DNA of 20,000 nucleotides, from NCBI GenBank assembly GCA_015661775.1, contig DQVM01000047.1:8204-28203 (forward strand). Direction: 5' to 3'. This stretch comes from Candidatus Caldarchaeum subterraneum. Its GTDB lineage: Archaea; Thermoproteota; Nitrososphaeria_A; Caldarchaeales; Caldarchaeaceae. The notes below the pieces were generated by a model. The model did not search any database and had not been told where the DNA came from. It worked only from the letters and a program-made list of their open reading frames with translations. Both the position numbers and the translations under genes were made by a program. Of this stretch, positions 7,588-15,950 are shown in pieces. Within the stretch, counting starts at the first letter, position 1, and each line of letters begins with the position of its first letter.

Positions 7588-9120
7588 ATGTCGGGGGAGG
7601 TTTTAGTAGAGGCTCGCGGCGTCGTGAAGTCTTTCCCAGGTGTTTGGGAGCATCTTATACTTGATCATATTAACTTCGATGTTAGGGCGGGTGAGGTTCA
7701 TGCTCTTTTGGGGGAGAATGGGGCGGGCAAGACCGTTCTAGCTAATATCCTCTCAGGCTTCTACACCCTCACCTCGGGCCAGATATACGTTAGGGGTAAG
7801 CCGGTTCACTTCAAATCACCCTTCGACGCTATAAAAAACGGCATAGGAATGGTTCATCAAGAGTTTACGCTGGTCCCCTCGCTAACCGTTGTTGAGAACA
7901 TAGCTTTGATGCTTAGGAAGCATAACCCCCTCTCCTACCCTTTGAAAGAAGTCAGGGAGAGGACTTTGGAGCTTTCGGAGAGGTATGGGCTTAAGATAGA
8001 GCCTGACAGGCTTGTTGAGCACCTCTCCCTAGGCGAGAAGCAGAGGGTTGAGATACTTAAGGTTCTCTACTGGGAACCTGACGTGCTCATACTAGATGAA
8101 CCTACTTCGGTCCTCACAATAGATGAGGCGAGGGAGCTCTTCAAGATACTACGCAGAATGGCTGAGGAGGGTAAGGGGGTGGTCTTCATAACGCATAGGA
8201 TAGAGGAGATAATGGCGGTGGCGGACAGGGTTACCGTCCTGAGGCTGGGCAGGAAGATGGGGACCTTCAAAGTATCTGAGGTGGGTAAAGACGAGCTGCT
8301 CCGCCTTATGATAGGTGAGATGGAGCCGGTTAGGTATGAACGGGGGAGGAGCGTTGAATGGGGGAGGGTTGTTCTGGAGGTGAGGGATTTACATGTGTTG
8401 AGCGACGACGGGAGGGAGGCGGTTAAGGGGGTCAGCTTCGAGATACATGAGGGGGAGATACTAGGCATAGCTGGGGTTTCGGGTAATGGTCAGCGGGAGC
8501 TGGCGGAGGCGATAACGGGGCTTAGGAAAGCCTCTAGAGGCAGGATAAGGCTCATGGGGTTGGATATTACCAACAAACCAGCTGGTGAGATAGCTAAGCT
8601 GGGGGTTAGACACATACCTGAGGAGAGGCGGAGGATGGGGGTTGTAGAACCCATGTGCCTAGCTGAGAACATGATTATAAGGGAATACAAGGAGAAGACC
8701 TTCTCCACCGCAGGGGTGATAAAAAGCAAGGTAATAACGGAGCATAGTAAGAGGCTTGTTGAACGTTTTAAGATACTCACCCCAGACATCTGGGATACTG
8801 AGGTTAGAATACTATCAGGCGGTAATATACAGCGGCTAATCCTAGCCAGGGAGCTTTGGAAGGGGCCGAAGCTCCTAGTAGCCTTCCACCCCACCTACGG
8901 ACTCGACCTAAAAGCAGTAACCCACACCCACCAGCACTTCATGGAGCTTAGGCAGAAAGGCGCAGCCATACTTCTAATCTCAGAAGACCTTGAGGAGATA
9001 TTCCTGCTAAGCGACAGGATAGCTGTTATGCTGGACGGCAGGATAGTAGGAACGCTAGGAGCACGTGAAGCCACTCCGGAGAAGATAGGCCACATGATGG
9101 CGGGGGTAGGAGCCTCTTAA
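7588..9120 (+). CDS. Nucleoside/sugar ABC transporter ATP-binding protein (tandem ATPase domains)
   Basis: Walker A GENGAGKTVLANILSG, QEFTLVPSLTVVENIAL, LSLGEKQRVEILKVLYWEPDVLILDEPTSVLT, second domain GVSGNGQRELAEAITG and LSGGNIQRLILARELW. YufO/NupO/RbsA-type organisation. Confidence 0.96.
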   Translation: MSGEVLVEARGVVKSFPGVWEHLILDHINFDVRAGEVHALLGENGAGKTVLANILSGFYTLTSGQIYVRGKPVHFKSPFDAIKNGIGMVHQEFTLVPSLTVVENIALMLRKHNPLSYPLKEVRERTLELSERYGLKIEPDRLVEHLSLGEKQRVEILKVLYWEPDVLILDEPTSVLTIDEARELFKILRRMAEEGKGVVFITHRIEEIMAVADRVTVLRLGRKMGTFKVSEVGKDELLRLMIGEMEPVRYERGRSVEWGRVVLEVRDLHVLSDDGREAVKGVSFEIHEGEILGIAGVSGNGQRELAEAITGLRKASRGRIRLMGLDITNKPAGEIAKLGVRHIPEERRRMGVVEPMCLAENMIIREYKEKTFSTAGVIKSKVITEHSKRLVERFKILTPDIWDTEVRILSGGNIQRLILARELWKGPKLLVAFHPTYGLDLKAVTHTHQHFMELRQKGAAILLISEDLEEIFLLSDRIAVMLDGRIVGTLGAREATPEKIGHMMAGVGAS

Positions 9121-9169
9121 GGCGTTATTCCCCCTAATTATAAAAATAGACAACGGCTGCTCCTCTAAT

Positions 9170-9180
9170 GCTTAAATAAC
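9170..9180 (+). promoter_or_regulatory. Putative TATA box for the substrate-binding protein gene
   Basis: GCTTAAATAAC centred about 33 nt upstream of the ATG at 9208; suggests a separate promoter within the transporter cluster. Confidence 0.35.
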
Positions 9181-9207
9181 TTCTTTACAACATCAAACCG
9201 AAACACT

Positions 9208-10719
9208 ATGAACGAAACAAAAGCCCTAACAAAACTAGAGACTATACTGGCCGCTCTGCTGATTATAGCCCTGATAGCGGCGGGGGCTTCCTGGACCATT
9301 CCCAGACCTGCTGGGGAGGTGATGGAGAAAACAATAACAGTAACAGAGACCGTCGCCGATGGGGCTGCGGTAACAACCGTGACGGAGACCGTTGTTAATA
9401 CCGTAACCCAAACGTTGACCGAGACTGTTACTGTTGGTGTTGAGAAGATTAAGATAGCTGTCGTCTCGGATATAGGCGGTAGGGGGGACCTGTCGTTTAA
9501 CGACATGGCGTTCAAAGGCGGGGATGAGGCTGTTAGGGACTTCGGGGTTGAGATGGTTGAGTTAATAAGCAAGACGGAGGCGGATTACGTCCCAAACCTT
9601 GAGACGGCAGCTAAAGACCCTGACGTTAAGCTCATCGTCGGGGTTGGTTTCCTGCTCAGCGAGGCGCTGCTGGAGGTTGCCCAGCGTTACCCCGAGAAGA
9701 ACTTCGCAGGAATAGATACGTTCACCCAGTTCCTAGCCAAAGACCAGCTAGGCGCCCCCCTACCCAACATGCTGGATATAGTCTATGAGGAGCATAAGGG
9801 AAGCGCCTTAGTAGGAGCTCTGGGATGCCTCACCGCAGCTTACTACAACACGCAGGGAGGGGAATACCCCTACATAGGAGGCGTCTTCGGGATAGAGATA
9901 CCCGTTTTATGGAAGTTTGAGATAGGCTACAAGTGGGGATGCGACTGGGGGCTTAAGTGGTATGAACAACGCTTCGGCGAGCGTGCGCCTGTGATAGGGG
10001 AGGACTCTAGATACGGCTCGGGAGAGGGCTGGCAGGATGGGCTATACTGCCCTGAAGCAGGCGAGTGCTGGTACAAAGGCAGGGTACTCTGGACATACAC
10101 AGGGACCTTCAGCGACATAACAAAAGGCTACGAGGCGGCTAAACCCATGTACGGACAGGGAGCGGTAGCGGTCTATAACATAGCAGGCCCCCTAGGCCTT
10201 GGGATAAACCAAGCCGTCCAAGAGATAGCTGATGAACGTGGCTTAGATATGGGCCCGCCCTTCTGGATAGGCGTTGACGCCAACCAAGACTGGATAAACC
10301 CCGGATTCATTCTGGCAAGCATGATGAAGAGGGTTGACAGGGGAGTTTACTACGCCACCTTGCTGATGATTATAGGTAAGTTCAAGGATGTTGTGCAGCA
10401 GAACGAGGGTGTCTTGGTTCTGGGGATAGGCACTCAGGTCGGAGGGCTGCCGATGGAGGGGATATCAGTAAGCACCCTAGCCGACTTGGAGGAGTTTATA
10501 CAGATGGGTATAAGGGCTGAGGAGCTGACGGGGAAGGAAGTACTCCCCATGCCGCCTGAGGAGATAAAGCAGAAGGTGGAGCAGATGCGCAGCCAAATAC
10601 CCAGCTGGGTCTGGGACGCCCTAACAGAGCTGGAATCCAAGATACGGACAGGCCAGGTGGATGTCCCGCTGGTGCTGACGAAAGAAGACGTACAGCGGTG
10701 GAGAGAGATACTAGGGTGA
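9208..10719 (+). CDS. BMP-family (BmpA/Med) nucleoside ABC transporter substrate-binding protein
   Basis: N-terminal TM segment (TILAALLIIALIAAGASW), Thr/Val-rich stalk, then IKIAVVSDIGGRGDLSFNDMAFKGGDEAVRDFGVEM, VGVGFLLSEALLEVAQRYPEKNFAGID, YEEHKGSALVGALGCLTAAY, WIGVDANQDWINPGFILASMMKRVDRGVY, all typical BMP-family segments. Followed by two permeases. Confidence 0.94.
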   Translation: MNETKALTKLETILAALLIIALIAAGASWTIPRPAGEVMEKTITVTETVADGAAVTTVTETVVNTVTQTLTETVTVGVEKIKIAVVSDIGGRGDLSFNDMAFKGGDEAVRDFGVEMVELISKTEADYVPNLETAAKDPDVKLIVGVGFLLSEALLEVAQRYPEKNFAGIDTFTQFLAKDQLGAPLPNMLDIVYEEHKGSALVGALGCLTAAYYNTQGGEYPYIGGVFGIEIPVLWKFEIGYKWGCDWGLKWYEQRFGERAPVIGEDSRYGSGEGWQDGLYCPEAGECWYKGRVLWTYTGTFSDITKGYEAAKPMYGQGAVAVYNIAGPLGLGINQAVQEIADERGLDMGPPFWIGVDANQDWINPGFILASMMKRVDRGVYYATLLMIIGKFKDVVQQNEGVLVLGIGTQVGGLPMEGISVSTLADLEEFIQMGIRAEELTGKEVLPMPPEEIKQKVEQMRSQIPSWVWDALTELESKIRTGQVDVPLVLTKEDVQRWREILG

Positions 10720-10823
10720 GCCGATAAACCCCAGCTCTAAAACATTCCAAAATCTCCCTAATTTTTTAAAATAAATAACAGTAAATGCTAGTCTAGCGTG
10801 TTTGATGGGGTTGTGATGCGTAG

Positions 10824-11894
10824 TTGGTTAGCAAGAAGATACGCAAGATACTTTACAGATTAGCCGAATCCCTCCTAGCGGTCGGCATAGGCTTCCTAGG
10901 CGGGGCTTTTTTGATGCTCCTCTACGGCTACGACCCCATAACGGCTTACAGGGCCCTGCTGACAGGAGCCTTCGGAGACATCTCAGGAATATACGAAACC
11001 CTCTCCTTCGCAACACCCCTCATCCTAACCGCCTTAACATTCGGGATATGCGTAAGATCAGGCCTCTTCAACATAGGGGCTGAGGGGCAGATGTACATGG
11101 GAGCTATAGGGGCTGTCATGATAGGCGGGGCCATGTCGCTTCCAGCAGGCATACACGCAGCTACCGCAACGCTCTTCGCCATGCTGCTGGGAGGGCTTTG
11201 GAGCATACCCGTCTCAATCCTCAAGATAACGCGAAACGTCCACGAAGTAGTCTCAACGATAATGCTCAACTGGATCTCCTTCTGGCTCGTCACGTACCTA
11301 ATAACCTACCAGCTGACAGACCCCATGAGGGCTGAGAGGGCGGTCCCAGCTCAGGAAACAGCTAGGTACACGGTGATAGGGGCCTCGTTGACGACGATAT
11401 TCCCAGTAGTTATAGCCTTCACCCTGCTGATATACTTCATCGTATGGCGCACCACGCTGGGCTATGAGCTGCGTCTAGTAGGCTACAACCCGGAGGCAGC
11501 TAGGTACGCTGGGATAAGCATACCCAGGGCCGTTGTAATGAGCTTCCTATTAGGCGGGTTGGCGGCTGGCTTGGCGGGTGCTTCCCAGGTGCTGGGGAGG
11601 CCCCCATCATGGACGGTATACGCGACGCTGGGTAACTTGGTGAACCTAGGGTTTGAGGGGATAGGGGTGTCGCTGATAGGGAGAAACCATCCGATAGGGA
11701 TAATATTCGCCGCCATCTTCTATGGGGGTATACTGCATGGGGGGAGGTTCATGGAGTTTGAGGCGGGGGTGGCCTCGGAGCTGGTGAGGGCGATAAACGG
11801 GATAATCATAGTAGCACTAGCCATCCCTGAACTCCTCTCGATGGTATCGGGTGTTGTGAAGAGGAGGAGAGGGAAGGAGGTGGAGGCTGGGTGA
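10824..11894 (+). CDS. Nucleoside ABC transporter permease 1 (TTG start)
   Basis: Multi-pass hydrophobic protein with FGICVRSGLFNIGAEGQMYMGAIGAV and NVHEVVSTIMLNWISFWLVTYLI, typical YufP/NupP-type permease motifs. Confidence 0.95.
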   Translation: MVSKKIRKILYRLAESLLAVGIGFLGGAFLMLLYGYDPITAYRALLTGAFGDISGIYETLSFATPLILTALTFGICVRSGLFNIGAEGQMYMGAIGAVMIGGAMSLPAGIHAATATLFAMLLGGLWSIPVSILKITRNVHEVVSTIMLNWISFWLVTYLITYQLTDPMRAERAVPAQETARYTVIGASLTTIFPVVIAFTLLIYFIVWRTTLGYELRLVGYNPEAARYAGISIPRAVVMSFLLGGLAAGLAGASQVLGRPPSWTVYATLGNLVNLGFEGIGVSLIGRNHPIGIIFAAIFYGGILHGGRFMEFEAGVASELVRAINGIIIVALAIPELLSMVSGVVKRRRGKEVEAG

Positions 11895-12877
11895 GGGTTT
11901 GGAAGAGGCTTTTATGGGCTTTGCTGGGCATAGCTGCCTTGGCGATGGTGAGCTACGAGCTCTCCCAAGCCGGTGTAAGGCCGGTGAAGCTGGTTGAGAC
12001 GGGGCTTCTGGCCATGACCCCCCTAGCCTTAGCTGCGGTAGGCGAGTGTATAAACGAGAAAGCCGGGGTGATAAACATAGGTATAGAGGGGATATTCCTA
12101 ATCACGGCGGTGGTAGGGGTTTACTGGGCCGAGGTCTTCAACTCAGGCCTAATAGGAATACTAATGGGCGGAGTCTTCGGAGGGTTGATAGGAGCAGTCC
12201 TGGGGGTCCTAAGCACATACGGTAAGGCCGACCAGATCATAGCTGGGATGGGGCTTAACGTGATGAGCCTAGGCCTGGTCCAGTACCTGCTCATGGCGAT
12301 ATGGGCCTTCCCCGGGATACATATCTTCCCACGCGAGCTGGTAGTCCCTAGACTATCCCTCCCCTTCACAGAGCTTAGGATAAGCCCCTTCACCCTCATC
12401 GCAGTAGCAGCAGCTGTCCTAGCAACCCTCATGCTGGGCAGAACCCTGCTGGGCCTCAGGATACGGGCTGCAGGGGACAAACCCGAGGCCGTGGACGTGG
12501 CTGGGATAAACGTAAACCACGTAAGGATTCTCGCCAGCGCTTTAGGCGGGTTCTTAGCTGGGGTAGGCGGCGCCTTCATGCCCCTAGGATGGTTCGGCGG
12601 CCTTGTTAAGGAGATCTCGGCGGGCAGGGGGTTCATAGCCCTTGCTGCGGTTGTCTTCGCAGGTCTGAATCCGTTGCTGGCGCTTATAGCGTCGTTCATC
12701 TTCGGCTACGCTGAGGGTGTGGCGTTCACGATAGTAGTAACACCCGGCGTAAAAGAGGTGATTCCCTTCCACTTCATCCAAATGATACCATACCTGCTGA
12801 CGATAATAATCCTAGCCATCTTCGTAACCTTCCGGAGATTCCCCAACGCGTTAGGAAAGCCATACATAAGGGAGTAG
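11891..12877 (+). CDS. Nucleoside ABC transporter permease 2 (GTG start)
   Basis: AVGECINEKAGVINIGIEGIFLITAVVGV, ADQIIAGMGLNVMSLGLVQYL, typical YufQ/NupQ-type permease. GTGA overlap with the preceding gene stop. Confidence 0.95.
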   Translation: MRVWKRLLWALLGIAALAMVSYELSQAGVRPVKLVETGLLAMTPLALAAVGECINEKAGVINIGIEGIFLITAVVGVYWAEVFNSGLIGILMGGVFGGLIGAVLGVLSTYGKADQIIAGMGLNVMSLGLVQYLLMAIWAFPGIHIFPRELVVPRLSLPFTELRISPFTLIAVAAAVLATLMLGRTLLGLRIRAAGDKPEAVDVAGINVNHVRILASALGGFLAGVGGAFMPLGWFGGLVKEISAGRGFIALAAVVFAGLNPLLALIASFIFGYAEGVAFTIVVTPGVKEVIPFHFIQMIPYLLTIIILAIFVTFRRFPNALGKPYIRE

Positions 12878-12901
12878 AGCAGCCCCTTTACATCTTGATG
12901 G

Positions 12902-14173
12902 TTATTCTAAGTGCCTCTCAGCAGGCCCGGTGTATATCTGCCTAGGCCTTATTATCCTCTGCTCAGGGTCTAGTATCTGCTCCTGCCACTGAGCCAGCCA
13001 TCCTGCCATCCTAGCTATGGCGAACAAAACAGGGAACATCTCAATCGGAAAGCCCATGGCCTGGTATATTATCCCGGAGTAGAAGTCAACGTTTGGATAT
13101 AATCTCCGTTGTATAAAATACTCGTCGCTTAAGGCTATCTGCTCAAGCTCCATCGCTACGTCAATCAACGGGTTCTTCTCAGTAACCTCAAAAACCTCAT
13201 ACGCCAGCTTCTTTATTATCCTAGCCCTAGGGTCGTAGCTTTTGTAAACCCTATGGCCGAAGCCCATTAAACGCCTCCTCCCCTCCTTAACCTCCTTAAT
13301 CAGCTGAGGAATCCTATCCACGCTCTTAATCTCCTGAAGCATCCTTATCACCTGCTCGTTAGCACCTCCGTGCAGAGGCCCGTAGAGGGCCGCAGCCGCA
13401 GCTGCCGCTGCGCTGTATGGGTCGCTGTGGGCGCTTCCCACCGCCCGCATTACCGTTGTGCTGCAGTTCTGCTCATGGTCTGCGTGTAGTATGAAGAGCA
13501 CGTCTAGGGCCTTCGCCAACACCGGGTCGGGTTCGTAGCGCATGTTGGGGGCCGGTCTAAAGACCATGTTGAGGAAGTTAGCGGTGTAGCTTAGGTCGTT
13601 GTCGGGGTATATGTACGGGGCGCCTCTCAGATGTCTGTAGGCGAAGGCGGCTATGGTGGGTGTCTTGGCCAGCAGCCGGTAGATCTGCTTATTCCTAACC
13701 TCCTCGTCGAATATGTTTCTGGACTCGGGGTAGAAGGTGGATAAAGCAGCCAGCGTGCTTATCAGAATCCCCATAGGATGGGCGTCGTAGTGGAAGCCGT
13801 CTATGAATTTTTTTATGTTTTCATGGATTATCGTGTGGTGGGTTATGTTCCACCTCCATTCCTCAAGCTGAGACCTGCTGGGAAGCTCTCCATAGATAAG
13901 CAGATAAGCCACTTCAAGATAAGAACACCTCTCAGCCAGCTCCTCAATAGGATAACCCCTGTAACGGAGAACCCCCCTCTCACCATCAATATACGTTATA
14001 CCGCTCCTGCATATAGCTGTATTAACAAGCCCCGGGTCGTAGCAAAGCAAGCCAAAATCCCGCTCACTCAACTTAATACCCCTTATATCAGAAGCCTTAA
14101 CAGCCCCATCCCGAATCAAAACCTCATACGAACGGCCAGTTCTGTTATCAACAACGGATAAACTTTCTTTCAT
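12902..14173 (-). CDS. gltA: Citrate synthase
   Basis: RGYPIEELAERCSYLEVAYLLIYGELPS, LHADHEQNCSTTVMRAVGSAHSDPYSAAAAAAAALYGPLHGGANE, MGFGHRVYKSYDPRARI, NVDFYSGIIYQAMGFP, FAIARMAGWLAQWQEQ. Start moved from 14197 to the internal Met at 14173 (MKESLSVVDNRTG). Confidence 0.97.
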   Translation of the reverse strand: MKESLSVVDNRTGRSYEVLIRDGAVKASDIRGIKLSERDFGLLCYDPGLVNTAICRSGITYIDGERGVLRYRGYPIEELAERCSYLEVAYLLIYGELPSRSQLEEWRWNITHHTIIHENIKKFIDGFHYDAHPMGILISTLAALSTFYPESRNIFDEEVRNKQIYRLLAKTPTIAAFAYRHLRGAPYIYPDNDLSYTANFLNMVFRPAPNMRYEPDPVLAKALDVLFILHADHEQNCSTTVMRAVGSAHSDPYSAAAAAAAALYGPLHGGANEQVIRMLQEIKSVDRIPQLIKEVKEGRRRLMGFGHRVYKSYDPRARIIKKLAYEVFEVTEKNPLIDVAMELEQIALSDEYFIQRRLYPNVDFYSGIIYQAMGFPIEMFPVLFAIARMAGWLAQWQEQILDPEQRIIRPRQIYTGPAERHLE

Positions 14174-14250
14174 AACCTCCAAAACAACCCACAGCACGCG
14201 ATTATTTCTACCTTAAAACAAAGTTTAGCATGAAAATAAGCTGGGGAGAT

Positions 14251-14374
14251 GGAGCGCCAGCACATGGGCTTCGCAGGGGGTCTCCCACCCTACTAACACC
14301 CACGCGGGCGGGTGCTTAGCTTCCGAGATCGGACGGGTTCGGGCGTTTCCACCCACCCTATGGCCGGCGCTCCA
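14251..14374 (-). rRNA. rrf: 5S ribosomal RNA
   Basis: Minus strand reads GGAGCGCCGGCCATAGGGTGGGTGGAAACGCCCGAACCCGTCCGATCTCGGAAGCTAAGCACCCGCCC...GTTAGTAGGGGTGGGAGACC...GCTGGCGCTCC. Terminal helix GGAGCGCC/GGCGCTCC, conserved CCCGAACCCGTCCGATCTCGGAAG and TAAGC, GTAGTA-like GTTAGTA and GGGAGACC. Confidence 0.95.
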
Positions 14375-14394
14375 GCATGTTATTTTCAGGTCTC

Positions 14395-14406
14395 TTTATT
14401 TTAAGA
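14395..14406 (-). promoter_or_regulatory. Putative TATA box for the 5S rRNA gene
   Basis: Minus-strand CTTAAAATAAAG centred about 26 nt upstream of the 5S 5' end. Confidence 0.5.
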
Positions 14407-14450
14407 TATTGGCTTAATGCTAATAAACAGCTTGTTGTGCTATTGGTGGG

Positions 14451-15368
14451 TTGCTGGAGTTTGCCTGTAGGTTCTGCGGTGTTTTCAACAGGTTTGAAAG
14501 GTTGTTCTGCATCAGCTGTAGGAGGAGGCTTGTCCCTTTAACCGTCTACGACCTCTCTGTTGATGACTTCGCCTATCCGGGGGATGTTGATAACATGCAT
14601 GCGCTTGAGGGTTCTAGGATATTTACTGGGTTGGCTAGGCGGTTTATATCAGGTAAGCGGGATGAGATGCTGAGGAGATGGCTTGGGGATAGGGCTAGGC
14701 TGGTTGAGCAATCTTCTAAGCTTTATGAGATAGTAAAGAGGTGTGGATGGATTCTAGGGGTTGAGAGGCTTCCCGAGGTTTACGTGGCGGGGTTACCTGA
14801 GCCTAACGCCTTCACCTTCGGCGACGACGATAACGCTGTTCTGGTTATAGACTACCGCATGCTTGAGCTGCTTACCGAGGATGAGGTAACCGCTCTTGTT
14901 GCCCATGAGCTTACCCACGTGAAGAGCAGGCACCTCATATACCATACCCTAGCTGAGCTTATGCTGAGGGGGGTTGATATAGTAGCTCCTATACTCGGCG
15001 TAGGTGTCGTAACAGCCTCGCTCAGGATGCTTCTACTCGCCTGGCATAGGGATTCTGAGGTGACAGCGGATAGGGGGGCCTTGCTGGTGGTTCAGAAACC
15101 CGATGTGCTGAAGGGGTTGTTGGCGAAGCTTACAGGAGCAGCGGACGGAGGAAAGGTAGAGGAGCTCTTCAAAACCCACCCCAACTTCCGTAGCAGAGTT
15201 GAGAAGATAAACGAATTCTACAAAAGCCCTGAATACATAAGGGCTGTTAATAAAATCAGGAGAAGGGAGGAGCTGAACCAAGCCCTAGCGCCTTTATGCA
15301 GGTTCTGCAAAGAACCCAAGCCCGTTGAGGCGTTCTTCTGCCCCAGCTGCGGAAGGAGTCAGTTATAA
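14451..15368 (+). CDS. M48-family zinc metalloprotease (HtpX-like) with N- and C-terminal zinc knuckles (TTG start)
   Basis: VTALVAHELTHVKSRHL (HExxH), downstream EVTADRGALLV (E..AD..A third ligand), N-terminal CRFC-x10-CISC and C-terminal CRFC-x10-CPSC. Confidence 0.88.
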   Translation: MLEFACRFCGVFNRFERLFCISCRRRLVPLTVYDLSVDDFAYPGDVDNMHALEGSRIFTGLARRFISGKRDEMLRRWLGDRARLVEQSSKLYEIVKRCGWILGVERLPEVYVAGLPEPNAFTFGDDDNAVLVIDYRMLELLTEDEVTALVAHELTHVKSRHLIYHTLAELMLRGVDIVAPILGVGVVTASLRMLLLAWHRDSEVTADRGALLVVQKPDVLKGLLAKLTGAADGGKVEELFKTHPNFRSRVEKINEFYKSPEYIRAVNKIRRREELNQALAPLCRFCKEPKPVEAFFCPSCGRSQL

Positions 15369-15391
15369 AACCTAATGTAGGTTAGGTTTTA
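15366..15391. repeat. Perfect inverted repeat, 10-nt arms, 6-nt spacer
   Basis: TAAAACCTAA-TGTAGG-TTAGGTTTTA, starting at the stop codon of the M48 gene and lying 5' of the methyltransferase. Confidence 0.8.
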
Positions 15392-15428
15392 AACATGCCG
15401 TCGTTGAAGCTTATAGTTAGCGGAGGAC

Positions 15429-15944
15429 ATGTACGAGGCTCAGCCCCCTCGTAGGGACTGGGTTCTCAGAAGGTTCTCAGACCCCCGTAGAATACCCTTC
15501 GTCCCATCCCCCATGGATATTGTTAAACGGATGCTGGAGGTCGCTGAGGTAAAGCCCAACGAACTGGTCTACGACCTAGGATGCGGAGACGGTAGAATAC
15601 CCATAACAGCCTCCCGGCTCTTCGACGCCAAGGCTGTTGGGGTTGAGCTGCAGCGTAGATTAGCTGATAAGGCCCGTGAGCATGTAAAGCGTCTGGAGCT
15701 GCTTGACAGGGTAAAGATACTGAATGATAACCTCTTCAACGTACCGCTGCGGGAGGCTGATGTAGTAGCTTTGTATCTAACTAGAGAAGCCCTTGCCGGT
15801 CTTAAGCCTAAGCTGGAGGCGGAGCTTAAGCCTACAGCACGTGTAGTGACGCATGACTTCAGAATCCCAGGATGGAAGCCTGTGTATGTAGAAAGAATAG
15901 GAGGCCACAGGATATACCTATACAGCAGGAAGATAAGGGCATAA
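15429..15944 (+). CDS. SAM-dependent methyltransferase resembling archaeal protein lysine methyltransferase aKMT
   Basis: FVPSPMDIVKRMLEVAEVKPNELVYDLGCGDGRIPITASRLFDAKAVGVE (motif I) and LKPKLEAELKPTARVVTHDFRIPGWKP, matching my recollection of the aKMT/DOT1-like archaeal family. SD-like GGAGG just upstream. Confidence 0.82.
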   Translation: MYEAQPPRRDWVLRRFSDPRRIPFVPSPMDIVKRMLEVAEVKPNELVYDLGCGDGRIPITASRLFDAKAVGVELQRRLADKAREHVKRLELLDRVKILNDNLFNVPLREADVVALYLTREALAGLKPKLEAELKPTARVVTHDFRIPGWKPVYVERIGGHRIYLYSRKIRA

Positions 15945-15950
15945 GCCCTG

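Noticed and set aside
8067-9095. Minus-strand ORFs inside the ABC ATPase gene
   Set aside because: Antisense to a fully conserved tandem ATPase; no independent signals.
9298-9460. Possible DNA-level tandem repeat in the Thr-rich stalk of the binding protein
   Set aside because: The amino-acid pattern is repetitive (TVTET, TVTQT) but the codons vary, so it is not a true nucleotide tandem repeat; kept only as a protein-level observation.
12121-12699. 192-aa minus-strand ORF opposite permease 2, plus similar short ORFs at 10946-11293 and 11483-11716
   Set aside because: Antisense to multi-pass membrane protein genes; the apparent length reflects codon bias of the sense strand.
13778-14161. 127-aa plus-strand ORF near the citrate synthase 5' end
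   Set aside because: Overlaps the strongly conserved citrate synthase N-terminus on the opposite strand; no recognisable domain.
15033-15281. 82-aa minus-strand ORF in the protease and 142-aa minus-strand ORF (15569-15997) in the methyltransferase
   Set aside because: Antisense to genes with clear catalytic motifs; compositionally biased.
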